A DNA stretch of 64,000 bases, taken from positions 11,548-75,547 of the IMG/VR virus record IMGVR_UViG_3300037424_001651, one strand, 5' to 3'. Each line of letters begins with the position of its first letter. Within the stretch, counting starts at the first letter, position 1. Of this stretch, positions 1 to 8,970 are shown piece after piece. Both the position numbers and the translations under genes were made by a program. This DNA comes from a virus. Lineage: Duplodnaviria; Caudoviricetes. The notes below the pieces were generated by a model, which saw nothing but the letters and a program-made list of their open reading frames with translations, had not been told where the DNA came from and did not search any database.

Positions 1-179
1 GAGCGTGAAGGGTAACTCACGCGGCCTCGGCAAGTCCGAGGCAGCCAGACGTGTAGGTGGTCGGCTGGCCCTCCGAAGGCGCATCTCCGACGCCCGACGA
101 CAAAGGCGCGCCAGCGCGACATCAGTCTCCGGCGGCAAGGTCACCGTACAACAAAGACCCTGACCGACGCCGGTAGTTC
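1..179 (+). ncRNA. Candidate structured ncRNA (3' part, truncated by the window start) directly upstream of the tRNA cluster
   Basis: No ORF. Consecutive helices GTGA/TCAC, GCCTCGG-caagt-CCGAGGC, CAGCC..GAC/GTC..GGCTG and CCGGCG..GGTCA/TGACC..CGCCGG, ending just before tRNA-Gln. Strand is inferred from context. Confidence 0.45.
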
Positions 180-255
180 TGGGGCGTCGTCCAGTTGGTA
201 GGACGCGACACTTTGGATGTCGATGTCGCAGGTTCGAGTCCTGCCGCCCCAGCCA
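180..255 (+). tRNA. tRNA-Gln(UUG)
   Basis: Acceptor TGGGGCG/CGCCCCA, anticodon arm CGACA-CTTTGGA-TGTCG, T arm GCAGG-TTCGAGT-CCTGC, encoded CCA. Confidence 0.95.
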
Positions 256-263
256 CAAAATCT

Positions 264-338
264 GGACCCGTAGCACAACGGATAGTGTGGCGGCCTCCGA
301 AGCCGTGGATACAGGTTCAAGTCCTGTCGGGTTCACCA
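264..338 (+). tRNA. tRNA-Arg(CCG)
   Basis: Acceptor GGACCCG/CGGGTTC, anticodon arm GCGGC-CTCCGAA-GCCGT, T loop TTCAAGT, encoded CCA. Confidence 0.95.
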
Positions 339-339
339 T

Positions 340-413
340 GGGCCACTAGCTCATCTGGATAGAGCACAAAATTCCTAATTTTGGGGTGGCCGGTTCGACT
401 CCGGCGTGGCCTA
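340..413 (+). tRNA. tRNA-Arg(CCU)
   Basis: Acceptor GGGCCAC/GTGGCCT, anticodon arm CAAAA-TTCCTAA-TTTTG, T loop TTCGACT; CCA not encoded. Confidence 0.93.
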
Positions 414-419
414 CTGAAT

Positions 420-493
420 GGACCCGTAGCTTAACTGGATCAAGCGCCGCACTACGGATGCGGAGACTGGAGGTTCGAGTCCTCTCGGGTCTA
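420..493 (+). tRNA. tRNA-Arg(ACG)
   Basis: Acceptor GGACCCG/CGGGTCT, anticodon arm CCGCA-CTACGGA-TGCGG, T loop TTCGAGT; CCA not encoded. Confidence 0.93.
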
Positions 494-497
494 CTGA

Positions 498-580
498 GGG
501 AGCGTTGGCGAATGGATTACGCCCCTGGATTTCTAATCCAGCGCCGAGAGGCATTCCCGGTTCGAGTCCGGGCGCTCCTA
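498..580 (+). tRNA. tRNA-Arg(UCU) with an atypical long (class II-like) variable arm
   Basis: Acceptor GGGAGCG/CGCTCCT, anticodon arm CTGGA-TTTCTAA-TCCAG, 14-nt variable region containing GCC-GAGA-GGC, T arm CCCGG-TTCGAGT-CCGGG. Confidence 0.88.
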
Positions 581-623
581 CTACGACTTGCACTGGTATA
601 ACAGACGTGCTAGGGTAGCCTGC

Positions 624-872
624 ATGAACGACACTGAAAGACTCAACTGGTTGGAGAAGCAGGACGGCGCAGGCGTCATCAGCGACGACAACGGACGCTG
701 GGCTGTACCGGACAGCGGCTTCCAGAACTTGCAAGACGATGAGGGGAACTTCATCACGGATCAAGCCATCGACGTGGAAAGCATGTTCCTGATTCCGGCG
801 GCGTTCTGGAAGCCCAGTCTCCGCGAAGCCATCGACGACGCGGTGCGGCGCGCGCAAGACGAGGCGGACTGA
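624..872 (+). CDS. Hypothetical phage protein
   Basis: ORF MNDTERLNWLE... abutting the next gene; acidic and phage-like. Confidence 0.6.
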   Translation: MNDTERLNWLEKQDGAGVISDDNGRWAVPDSGFQNLQDDEGNFITDQAIDVESMFLIPAAFWKPSLREAIDDAVRRAQDEAD

Positions 873-1153
873 TGAAAGTGCTAACATGGGGCGGCCTATT
901 CGCCCACGTAGACAAACAGTGCAACTTCCATTACGAAGGCGAGAAGAACGCGGACAACTTCCGGTGGACCTGCCACCACGATCTGCGCTTCGCCAAGACA
1001 TTCTGCGAGGAGAAGGGTGTTGCTTGGACACAGGTGAAGACGCGGCTGCACGACACTGGTGGCTTCTGTGACTGCGAGATCCTTTTTAACACAGTCGAGC
1101 ACTTCTCGGAGGCCGAGGAGGCGGAGCCGCTGCCTTTGCTGGCTTCGGCATAA
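872..1153 (+). CDS. DUF2695-family protein
   Basis: Motif GGFCDCEILFN typical of DUF2695. Confidence 0.65.
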   Translation: MKVLTWGGLFAHVDKQCNFHYEGEKNADNFRWTCHHDLRFAKTFCEEKGVAWTQVKTRLHDTGGFCDCEILFNTVEHFSEAEEAEPLPLLASA

Positions 1154-1165
1154 CGGGGGAGCGGC

Positions 1166-1510
1166 ATGACACCAGAAGACCAAGAGAAGATGGATGGTTC
1201 GCCAGCACGCGTCTTCGCAGTGCCGGTCAGCAATGACGACACGTGCGACGATACCTACGCCGGGCACCACAGTCACTACATCGACATCAAGTTCCAGCTT
1301 GGCCCTTGCGGTGAGGTCGGCGTGAACGGTTGCAGCATCCGCGATGTGATTCGCGTCCTCGGCGACAGGTTGGAAGGCTTCCAACGAGGGCCGTTCAAGT
1401 GCCGAGAGAACGCGCTGGCCATCACCAAGTTGCAAGAGGCGCAGCGCTGGCTCGCGCACCGTACCGAGGAACGGATGCAGCGAGGCGTCAAGGGCCGCAA
1501 CGAGCCATGA
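1166..1510 (+). CDS. tad1: Tad1-family anti-defence sponge protein (Thoeris anti-defence 1)
   Basis: FQLGPCGEVGVNGC..D.I....DRLEGFQRGPFKCRENALAITKLQEAQRWL..RT.ER..RGVKG matches the Tad1 signature (FQ.GP..E.GVNG / CRENA.AITKLEEA..WL..RT..R..RGVEG). Confidence 0.85.
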   Translation: MTPEDQEKMDGSPARVFAVPVSNDDTCDDTYAGHHSHYIDIKFQLGPCGEVGVNGCSIRDVIRVLGDRLEGFQRGPFKCRENALAITKLQEAQRWLAHRTEERMQRGVKGRNEP

Positions 1511-2106
1511 GCGACACCTTCTTGTCCCGGCCCTGCCTTGATGAGGGTAAACAGCGCAGTCTTTATATCGCGTGTATGCCCGGTATGTCTGCGAGTGTCG
1601 ATGTGAAGGGATCGTTCTTCCGTCCGATCTTGCGGGGGCTTCTCAAGGAGATGCAGGTCACGGCGCATTTTATCCGTTCTTGCGATCCTTCAATCAAGCA
1701 AACCAAGCGGTTCATTGAAAGAAATGGTAGTGTTGACCTTGGTCGCGCGCTGTTGCTTGTGGCGAAGAGCTTTGGGGGCGTGCGTATGCTCGTGGACGTC
1801 ATCCCACATACGAAGGTTCAGTATGGGCGCGTGGCTCTTTTGAGTATTGATCCGTACGGGAAAGGTTATAGCTTGCATCGCAAGCCTATTATCTTACCGA
1901 AGTGGTGGTACAGCGACCCTTACGCCAAGGCAGTTAATTTCTATCAGGACAACAAGGGCTTTCGTGGGGCGAAGGTCGTTGGTGCGGCCAACAAGAAACT
2001 GAGCTGCTTCCCGGACGGGGAGAAGGTCGCGCACATGAACATCGTTTTTCACCCCGCGGTCAAAGAGGCTGCGTCTGGCTTAGTGGCGTGGTTGTTGGAG
2101 CGGTAG
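1507..2106 (+). CDS. Hypothetical protein (199 aa)
   Basis: ATG overlaps the tad1 stop (ATGA); continuous ORF. Confidence 0.6.
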   Translation: MSDTFLSRPCLDEGKQRSLYIACMPGMSASVDVKGSFFRPILRGLLKEMQVTAHFIRSCDPSIKQTKRFIERNGSVDLGRALLLVAKSFGGVRMLVDVIPHTKVQYGRVALLSIDPYGKGYSLHRKPIILPKWWYSDPYAKAVNFYQDNKGFRGAKVVGAANKKLSCFPDGEKVAHMNIVFHPAVKEAASGLVAWLLER

Positions 2107-2515
2107 TGGATTATCGCTATACGAAGGGGACGCCTCCGAAGAAACGTGGCGAGGACTGGTTCAGTGTTGTAGATCTTGGCGTGAAGGAGTGAATGATGCG
2201 TAGAAAGAAGAAGCCAACACCCCGTCCGGTTATACGAAACGTGACGCGGTGCGTACCTAATAAGCCGCGTGTCTTTGGGCAGTCTACTGTTGGATATGGG
2301 CCGCCTTACAGATTAGCCTAGAGGATCGACGTCGTCAAGGTCACGTGCGAGGATACAAGCTTGAAGGAGTACAAGACAGTCAAGCGCGTCATTGCTAAAG
2401 ATTCGTATGTACTTTTGCGCAAGACTGACGACAGCCATATCCTCATTCCTTGGTAGCAAATTGTTGTGCTTGAGATTATGTATAAAGGAGTAGTGAACGA
2501 AGAGGAGGAGGGCGC

Positions 2516-2875
2516 ATGAAACGCGGACCATTCGGCACCCAGATGGGTGGAGGCTTTGGCGGTAGCTTCGGCAACGATCAACAACGTCCCGAAGTTCCAT
2601 GGGGCACGTCCACCGGAATCGCGTGCAACACGTGCGGCAAGCCTATCCGTTTCGGCCGTGAGACGCATCGTCAGGGCAACGCTTTCACTTCCGGCCGTTG
2701 GAAGATCACGTGCCCGGGTCGGTTCTGCACGACGGACCACGTGATCACGGACGCCGAAGCAAATGCGTTGCGCGTAGCGATGGCCAACGGAGATCCGCGC
2801 AACGTCTGTCTCATGCTGCGCCAGATTGCGCGCTGGACCTACCCGTACAAGGACTTGGAGAAATTGATGGCATGA
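2516..2875 (+). CDS. Hypothetical zinc-finger protein
   Basis: RBS GAGGAGG; CNTCG and CPGRFC cysteine pairs. Confidence 0.55.
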   Translation: MKRGPFGTQMGGGFGGSFGNDQQRPEVPWGTSTGIACNTCGKPIRFGRETHRQGNAFTSGRWKITCPGRFCTTDHVITDAEANALRVAMANGDPRNVCLMLRQIARWTYPYKDLEKLMA

Positions 2876-3117
2876 CCGATATTTATTCGTGTCCTGTGTG
2901 CAAGGAACGCCGTGGGTGTAACGTGCAGCAATACGGACCACGCAAGATGCAGATCTGGACGCTGTGCTGCTCGAAGTGCGGGTACAATTATGTGTGGGTG
3001 GATCAGAAAGCACAGAACGTGCTTGATGCGTACAATCAAGCAGTGCGCTGGACTGAGGAACACAATGCAAAATTCACAGGGCAAGGTGACGCGCCAACAA
3101 GCCGTGAAGGTACGTGA
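2872..3117 (+). CDS. Small Zn-ribbon protein (weakly Lar restriction-alleviation-like)
   Basis: CPVC...CSKCG...AYNQ pattern. Confidence 0.4.
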   Translation: MTDIYSCPVCKERRGCNVQQYGPRKMQIWTLCCSKCGYNYVWVDQKAQNVLDAYNQAVRWTEEHNAKFTGQGDAPTSREGT

Positions 3118-3356
3118 AGTTGTCAGGGTGCACGGCGTCAACCGGATCGGTTGCAGTGCGTTCCAAATGGTAGATGGCCCTGATGCTGGTCGGTGGTGTG
3201 GTATAGGTTGTGAGTTTGCAAGTCGTTCGCTCGGGGACTGCCTATTCACGACACAACCCATAAGTTATCCTACCCGTGAACGTGCAGCACAAGGCGCGCT
3301 GAATTTGCTAGCGCGTATTGTGGCAGGTAGGGAAGACGTGATCGAGGAGAAGGGTG

Positions 3357-3566
3357 ATGAAGGTTGAGTGGTGGGACCAGTTCGAGGTTGAGGTGGCAGG
3401 TGCGTCTTACCTGTTCGATTTTGGCCGGGCCGAGTCTGGCACCTTCATCGCAACCAACGGCGAGTTGAAATTCACGGTCGAAGGAGACACGTTGGCTGAG
3501 TGTCGTGAGGTAGCGCGCGAGGCCGTGATCTTGCTGTTGGAGGATGTGCGTGAAGTTGAAGCTTGA
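3357..3566 (+). CDS. HicB-like antitoxin-fold protein
   Basis: EGDTLAECREVAREAVILLLE resembles the HicB G.T.EEA....REA motif. Confidence 0.5.
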   Translation: MKVEWWDQFEVEVAGASYLFDFGRAESGTFIATNGELKFTVEGDTLAECREVAREAVILLLEDVREVEA

Positions 3567-3660
3567 CCTGTCGGATCCGGAAGTCCGTAGCATTTGGGAA
3601 ACAGTGTTGGAGGCACGCAAGCGTGTCGCGAATTGGCCTGCGTGGAAAAGAGGAGAAGAC

Positions 3661-4206
3661 ATGGTTGATCAGAACATACCGCCAAAGGCGTTGGAGTACG
3701 CGAAGGAAGTTGTGGAGCGCATCAAGAACGCGCCGCCTCTTCCGGACTTATCAGAGGAGGAGCGCACTCAGAAGGGCCACGAACTCTTCGAGTACGAGGG
3801 TACGAAGTTCAAGCGCTTCCAATTGTTCCGTCCCTTTGTCTGGGCATCTGACCTGGCCGGTGTCGGCCCAGGTTCTGATGATTACATGCGCGTTGGCTAC
3901 ATTGATGAGAAGGGCCGCCGCTGTCATCGTCCCATGCACAAACAGGACTTTCGCGCCCTTTTCGTGGAGGCGTCGGTACACCAGATGGATTACAAGGCTG
4001 CGTGGCAGGAGCTGTACGCCGAGGTTTTCGAGGCGGCGTGGCAGCCTCGCGATGTGAACTTTCTAGCGGATTATTTGTTGGATATGCTGATCGAGATCGG
4101 CGCGAAGCATGGCGGCCCGACCATGGATGCGCTGGCTAATGGTACTGCCACGGCCGAGGTGCACGCCAAGCACAAGGATTTGCATGTCGGAAGCCCTGTT
4201 GAGTAA
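3661..4206 (+). CDS. Hypothetical protein
   Basis: RBS GAGGAG; continuous ORF in the gene train. Confidence 0.55.
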   Translation: MVDQNIPPKALEYAKEVVERIKNAPPLPDLSEEERTQKGHELFEYEGTKFKRFQLFRPFVWASDLAGVGPGSDDYMRVGYIDEKGRRCHRPMHKQDFRALFVEASVHQMDYKAAWQELYAEVFEAAWQPRDVNFLADYLLDMLIEIGAKHGGPTMDALANGTATAEVHAKHKDLHVGSPVE

Positions 4207-5330
4207 AAATCCGCACATGTGGTTTGAGGCTCTCGACGCGCCAGGTACGCCGCTGGATCGCAGGCGGTGGCAATGTTGTTGGTGTTACATGGTGGGTACG
4301 CACGACGAGTTGCAGGCGCAAGCGTGTATGCATGTCTACCCGCCGTGCCCGTACTGCGGCCAGACGCCCGAGTGCGCATCGGACTGCGAAGGAATCGCAC
4401 TTGCTTTTTCTGGTGAGCATCCCGACCTCGGGCCTGGTACCAAGGTCCATGTGGCAGGCATGTTTCCAGGGCAGAAGATCCGCGCGCCCGCCCGTCGGTG
4501 CCGGTGAGCACGATGCCCGCGAATGGGTGATCACTCTTTATCTTGGATGGCGGGTATACTGTGCGTGGAAACGGTGTCCCGCTTCGGGGTTTTGGGGCGA
4601 GTTCTACAACGAGAAAGATCGTTTCAAGGAGTGGTGTGAGGCTGTGAGGTAGTGGCGATCACCGATCAGAGGGGGACAAGATGAGCGACGGTGGAGAACG
4701 TCTCAAGGAATTGTTGCTCCAGGCAGCAGTTGTTGCCCATGAGAATGACATTTCGTTCGTGACCGCTTTTGTAGGGCCAGACGATCCTCTAGACGTAATT
4801 CTAGATCCGGTCAGCGCGTCCGAAGAATTTATTCTCTGCAAAGCGATAGAAGTCACGGTTGCTGGTCGTGCGCTTCGCGCAACTATCGGTGGTGAAGCGG
4901 GAGACATTACTACAGCGGCTTCTTTTCTCGATGAAGCCAACGGCAAAGCGTGAGGTAATGCCATGAGCGAAGATCAATTAAGTTCGGCCGTCCGAAACTG
5001 GACCACTGTCATTGGCCTATTGATGGTGATCGTGCCGCTGCTCATCGGCGGGGTCGTAGCTGTACTGCTCGGTCTGGGTGCGTGCTCGGCTTGCACGTCT
5101 GCGTGCGTGGGCTGTGCACTGATAGCCTCTGAAGAACCGGAGGAATGATCTCATGCGAGCCAAGACTACAGGGCAGTCGTGACGGTGGCCATTTTCTACA
5201 TCGCCGCACGCGATACCATTCGAGAGTTCATCAACAAGAGTGGTGTGGCAGGCATCTTCACGCTGGCACTTCTCGGTGTGACCGCCCAGATTTGGCCACT
5301 GCACTCAAACGTGTCGAGGTTCTACAACTG

Positions 5331-5645
5331 ATGGCGATTGAGTGCGCATGCAGCATCGACATGGATGGCGACTGTTACGGACCGAGCTTCTTCGACGAGC
5401 GCTTCCCGAAGGCGCGCAAGGAACATCGTTGTTGCGAGTGTGGCGAAGCTATCCAGCCCGGCGAGACGTACGAGTACGTCAAAGGGTGCTGGGACGGTGA
5501 GTTCAGCGTGTACAAGACGTGCATGACGTGCCGCGCCATCCGCCATGACTACTGCTGTACGTGGGTCTACGGTGAGCTACGCGAGGCGATGTGGGAAGCC
5601 TTTGATTTTGACTACGTAACCGGGGAGGCACGCGATGACGACTGA
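5331..5645 (+). CDS. Cys-rich hypothetical phage protein
   Basis: RBS GAGGT; CCECG...TCMTC motifs. Confidence 0.6.
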   Translation: MAIECACSIDMDGDCYGPSFFDERFPKARKEHRCCECGEAIQPGETYEYVKGCWDGEFSVYKTCMTCRAIRHDYCCTWVYGELREAMWEAFDFDYVTGEARDDD

Positions 5646-6303
5646 CCGCGAAGAATGGGGCTATCGCTGGGCATGGGATGAACTCACCAAGGAACTGGAT
5701 GGCCGGATCGAGTGCTACAATGGTAAAGAAGCCGGGCTGCACCAAGAAGCTCGGGGCTGGTTGGCGTGCCTGCGTCACATGCGCCGCAAGGCCAAGGTGT
5801 TGGAGCGTCGGATGCGGCGCGAAGGCGCGACCGTGGCGCTCGGCGCTGTCGTGGAGGAGATGTGGGCAGCTCTCAAAGATGATGGCGAGACGTCCTGTCC
5901 GTGCTGTGGGCGGCACATGCAGGTGTACAACCGCAACATCTATCGCGGGATGGCCATTTTCCTCATCTGGCTTGTCCACCAGTATGAGTCCGGACACGAG
6001 TGGGTCCACATCAGCAAGTTCCCGCGGAGCCGGAGCGGCGATTACGCCAAGCTCATGTATTGGAACCTCATCGAGCCGCGGCCGAAGGAAGACGATCACG
6101 AGAAGCGCGACAGCGGGTACTGGCGGCCTACCGAGGATGGCATTCGGTTCGCCCACTGTCACCTCGCGGTGCCCAAATACGCCCTCGTCTTCGATGGGGA
6201 GGTACAGGGGTTTGCTGGCGGGGGCGTCTTCATCCGAGATACGCTTGGGACGCGTTTTGACTACGATGAGATAACGTGTAAGATCGCGGCAGGTAAGATT
6301 TGA
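5635..6303 (+). CDS. Hypothetical phage protein (CPCCG Zn-ribbon, possible winged-helix)
   Basis: Overlaps the upstream stop; CPCCG and YAKL.YW.LIE..SGYWRPT..G motifs. Confidence 0.6.
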   Translation: MTTDREEWGYRWAWDELTKELDGRIECYNGKEAGLHQEARGWLACLRHMRRKAKVLERRMRREGATVALGAVVEEMWAALKDDGETSCPCCGRHMQVYNRNIYRGMAIFLIWLVHQYESGHEWVHISKFPRSRSGDYAKLMYWNLIEPRPKEDDHEKRDSGYWRPTEDGIRFAHCHLAVPKYALVFDGEVQGFAGGGVFIRDTLGTRFDYDEITCKIAAGKI

Positions 6304-6372
6304 GCGCACGGTAGCGCATTGTGATAGATTAGAGCTTGACAGCGCATTTAGCGGAAGATAGGGTGGGTGGAC

Positions 6373-7077
6373 ATGGGCAAGGCTCCAAAAACGGATAAGT
6401 ATGACGAGCTTCTCTCATCACGGGAAGTCACACGGCGGCTTAGCATCGCTTATTCCACGCTACGCAAAAAAGTGAATAACGGCGAAATTCCGTCTGTACG
6501 CTGTGGCCGGAACTTTCGATTCCGTCGAGGGGACATCGAACAGTACATCGGCGGCGTCCTCCCATCCCAGCAAGCCCCGGAACTCGTCGCTCGGCCCGAG
6601 CCGGACCCCGATCCGGTACCGGCTGCGTCAGAGGAGCCGCTGGACGATAGAACATGGCTCCAGCGCTACGAAGCGGCAGGGCGGCCCGAGTCGTTGCCGC
6701 TCGACCTCTTTCTCACGGTACCGGACGCTGCCTTCGACCTCTCGGGCGAGATGCTCCCTCAGTTCCGAACTGCGGGGCCTGTTGCAGCCGTTATCGTCCG
6801 CAACGCACCCCGGAGCTTCCTCGTCTCGGTCTGCTGTGCCGGAAAATGGGAAGACGTCGACGACGCCGCCAATACCACCGACGCGCGCTGGCTGGCCTGC
6901 GACGCCTTGTGGGCCACGATCCACGACAAGCCACACGCCGTCACGGAAGCCTTCGTCGAGGATCTGTGTCGTGCCTCCGTCCGTATGCATCGACTCCACG
7001 TGGTAGAAGATGCCCAGCTCTGGCGTGATAAATGCAACGAGGCTGAAGAAGGGTTTGAAGACGACTCGGCTGGGTAG
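6373..7077 (+). CDS. Excisionase/MerR-like helix-turn-helix (HTH_17) protein with acidic C-terminal domain
   Basis: LLSSREVTRRLSIAYSTLRKKVNNGEIPSVRCGRNFRFRRGDI is a typical HTH_17 pattern; TTGACA lies upstream at 6336. Confidence 0.75.
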   Translation: MGKAPKTDKYDELLSSREVTRRLSIAYSTLRKKVNNGEIPSVRCGRNFRFRRGDIEQYIGGVLPSQQAPELVARPEPDPDPVPAASEEPLDDRTWLQRYEAAGRPESLPLDLFLTVPDAAFDLSGEMLPQFRTAGPVAAVIVRNAPRSFLVSVCCAGKWEDVDDAANTTDARWLACDALWATIHDKPHAVTEAFVEDLCRASVRMHRLHVVEDAQLWRDKCNEAEEGFEDDSAG

Positions 7078-7092
7078 CGCCTTGGAGGCAAC

Positions 7093-7413
7093 ATGCCCAA
7101 AGTAACTACGAACATCGAGCCGATGGTCGAGAAGCCGAAGAAGGCTGCGGCTACATCTCAGAAGACTACATCCCAGAAGAAGTCTACTACTAAAAAGAAA
7201 GCACCTAAGAAAGAAGCGGCGGTTTTGATTGTGCCCGTGTGCGATGAGGAGTGCAATCTTCGCGCGAAATGGAAGGTTGTATCCTGTGACGATCCGGATG
7301 AGGACTATCGCTACACCTGCAATCAGCATCTTGGGAAGGTGTGTGAGCAGATTGTGAAGACCAGCAAAGTCAAGTATAACATCCTCTACCTCAAGGGGAC
7401 ATTTGGTGGGTAA
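7093..7413 (+). CDS. Hypothetical protein with Lys-rich N-terminus
   Basis: RBS GGAGG; continuous ORF. Confidence 0.55.
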   Translation: MPKVTTNIEPMVEKPKKAAATSQKTTSQKKSTTKKKAPKKEAAVLIVPVCDEECNLRAKWKVVSCDDPDEDYRYTCNQHLGKVCEQIVKTSKVKYNILYLKGTFGG

Positions 7414-7837
7414 GCAAAAACCCGGGATTCAAAAAGGAGACGGTGATGTGCCAAAAAAGGTATTCGTGATCGGCGGCAAGGACCGTCTACGGGAATTCGA
7501 CGTGCGGCGCGACTTGGTTGCAGCAGGCTTCGAGGTCTTCTATGTACCTAAGCACGTACCTGATAAGGTCTATGCTGGCCTCGACGCTTTCGTACTGGTC
7601 TTTCCGACCGATAATCTTGGCCGCACTCTCGCTGGTTGGCTCATGGGCCGTTGGCAGCGTCGTGGGTATAAGGACCATCGTGGCGTCTTCTTCCTCAGCG
7701 AACGCGAGATCAAGAACGGTGAAGCGCTTCCCGAGAACATGCCAGGCGGTCCCGAGCGAAACTTTTTCTGCAAGACCATGGACGAAGTGCTTGACGCCTT
7801 ACGGCGCGACTTACCGGAAGCTCCTGAGTCGGCATAG
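7403..7837 (+). CDS. Hypothetical alpha/beta protein (weak nucleoside-deoxyribosyltransferase/TIR-like fold)
   Basis: VFVIGG...GFEVF..DAFVLVFP...AGWLMG pattern; no clear catalytic Glu. Confidence 0.4.
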   Translation: MVGKQKPGIQKGDGDVPKKVFVIGGKDRLREFDVRRDLVAAGFEVFYVPKHVPDKVYAGLDAFVLVFPTDNLGRTLAGWLMGRWQRRGYKDHRGVFFLSEREIKNGEALPENMPGGPERNFFCKTMDEVLDALRRDLPEAPESA

Positions 7838-7846
7838 AGGTGTGGT

Positions 7847-8407
7847 GTGGCAGCGCTGTGGGCAACAGGTGATACGCACTTCTGGCACTGGAATATCGGT
7901 AGGCCAGACTACTGTAACCGGCCCGACAACTGGCAGGAACTGATCATCGCACGCTGGAACGAGGTCGTACAACCCGGAGACTGGGTGTTACACGTCGGCG
8001 ACTTCGCCTTTGGCCGGGACGCCACGTTCAATCGGATCATCGCGACACGCCAGCGACTCAACGGCCACATCTTGCTTATCTGGGGCAACCACGACCGCAT
8101 CCTCAAGCCACGTAGATGGCTAGAGAACGTCGGTATCGATGTCATCCTTCGGGATCACGGCACTAGCTTTGACATTGGTAAGTACAAGGTTGTATGTCTG
8201 CATCAACAGCCTGAAAAATATCCGCCTGAATGGGGAAAGCGCATCATCTTTGCCAGCCACGCCCCCATCCGGAATCAGGCTCAAATGCCTTATTTTTACG
8301 GCCACATCCACAATAATGAAGACACAGCGCAGTTTCCCGGGTGCTGCCTTTGCGTCGAGGTGACGGATTACAGGCCTGTATGCATTGCTCGGGATATTGA
8401 TGCTTGA
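7847..8407 (+). CDS. Calcineurin-like metallophosphoesterase
   Basis: DTHFWH, HVGDFA, GNHD, SHAP and GHIH motifs. Confidence 0.9.
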   Translation: MAALWATGDTHFWHWNIGRPDYCNRPDNWQELIIARWNEVVQPGDWVLHVGDFAFGRDATFNRIIATRQRLNGHILLIWGNHDRILKPRRWLENVGIDVILRDHGTSFDIGKYKVVCLHQQPEKYPPEWGKRIIFASHAPIRNQAQMPYFYGHIHNNEDTAQFPGCCLCVEVTDYRPVCIARDIDA

Positions 8408-8432
8408 CACCAGAATGACACCACGGTATGTT
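8404..8432 (+). promoter_or_regulatory. Sigma70-like promoter
   Basis: TTGACA-N17-TATGTT upstream of the RHH gene. Confidence 0.6.
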
Positions 8433-8450
8433 GCGATTAAGGAGATGCAC

Positions 8451-8609
8451 ATGGCGGCGCAAGAAGAGAAGCGATTCACGTTTCGTGTTCCGCTGAAGCT
8501 TTATAAGAAGATCAAGCGGGCCGCAGAAAAGGAGCACCGTCCCCTCAATCAGTGGCTCATCGTACACCTCAAAGATCTGCTCAAGCAGCCGGTGCGTTAT
8601 GGGAGCTAG
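8451..8609 (+). CDS. Arc/ribbon-helix-helix DNA-binding protein
   Basis: KRFTFRVPLKLYKKIKRAAEKEHRPLNQWLIVHL; RBS AAGGAG. Confidence 0.8.
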   Translation: MAAQEEKRFTFRVPLKLYKKIKRAAEKEHRPLNQWLIVHLKDLLKQPVRYGS

Positions 8610-8970
8610 TATGGATTACGAACAATACTTGACACGTATCGTCGATGAGGGCATCGCAGCCGCCAAGACGGACTACACGAAAGAAAGTGACAAGGACAGG
8701 CTCAAGGGATCAGTTGAAGGCTTCGAGGCATGCCGCGGGAAGTCACCTGCTGAACTCAAAACTCTACTCGTCACAGCCAGCGAACGTGTAAAGCAAGCGT
8801 ACCTCGACGAAGCCGAGAACTACTTCGAGATCCGTTGTTACGAGGCCGAGGTCGAATGGGTTTGTAACTGCGTCAGCGCGATTCTCATGCATGAGGGTCA
8901 ACCAGTGATCGTGCCGCCGACCGCGCGTGGCGTGATGAAGGCGGCCGAGGTTGTGGGCGTGCGCGAGTGA
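8599..8970 (+). CDS. Hypothetical protein
   Basis: Overlapping gene train. Confidence 0.55.
   Translation: MGASMDYEQYLTRIVDEGIAAAKTDYTKESDKDRLKGSVEGFEACRGKSPAELKTLLVTASERVKQAYLDEAENYFEIRCYEAEVEWVCNCVSAILMHEGQPVIVPPTARGVMKAAEVVGVRE

Noticed and set aside
1-179. tmRNA, RNase P or SRP RNA
   Set aside because: No tRNA-like 3' end, no P4 signature, and only a partial GCAGCC resemblance to SRP.
386-601. ORFs 386-601 and 411-1031
   Set aside because: They overlap well-formed tRNA genes; spurious translation.
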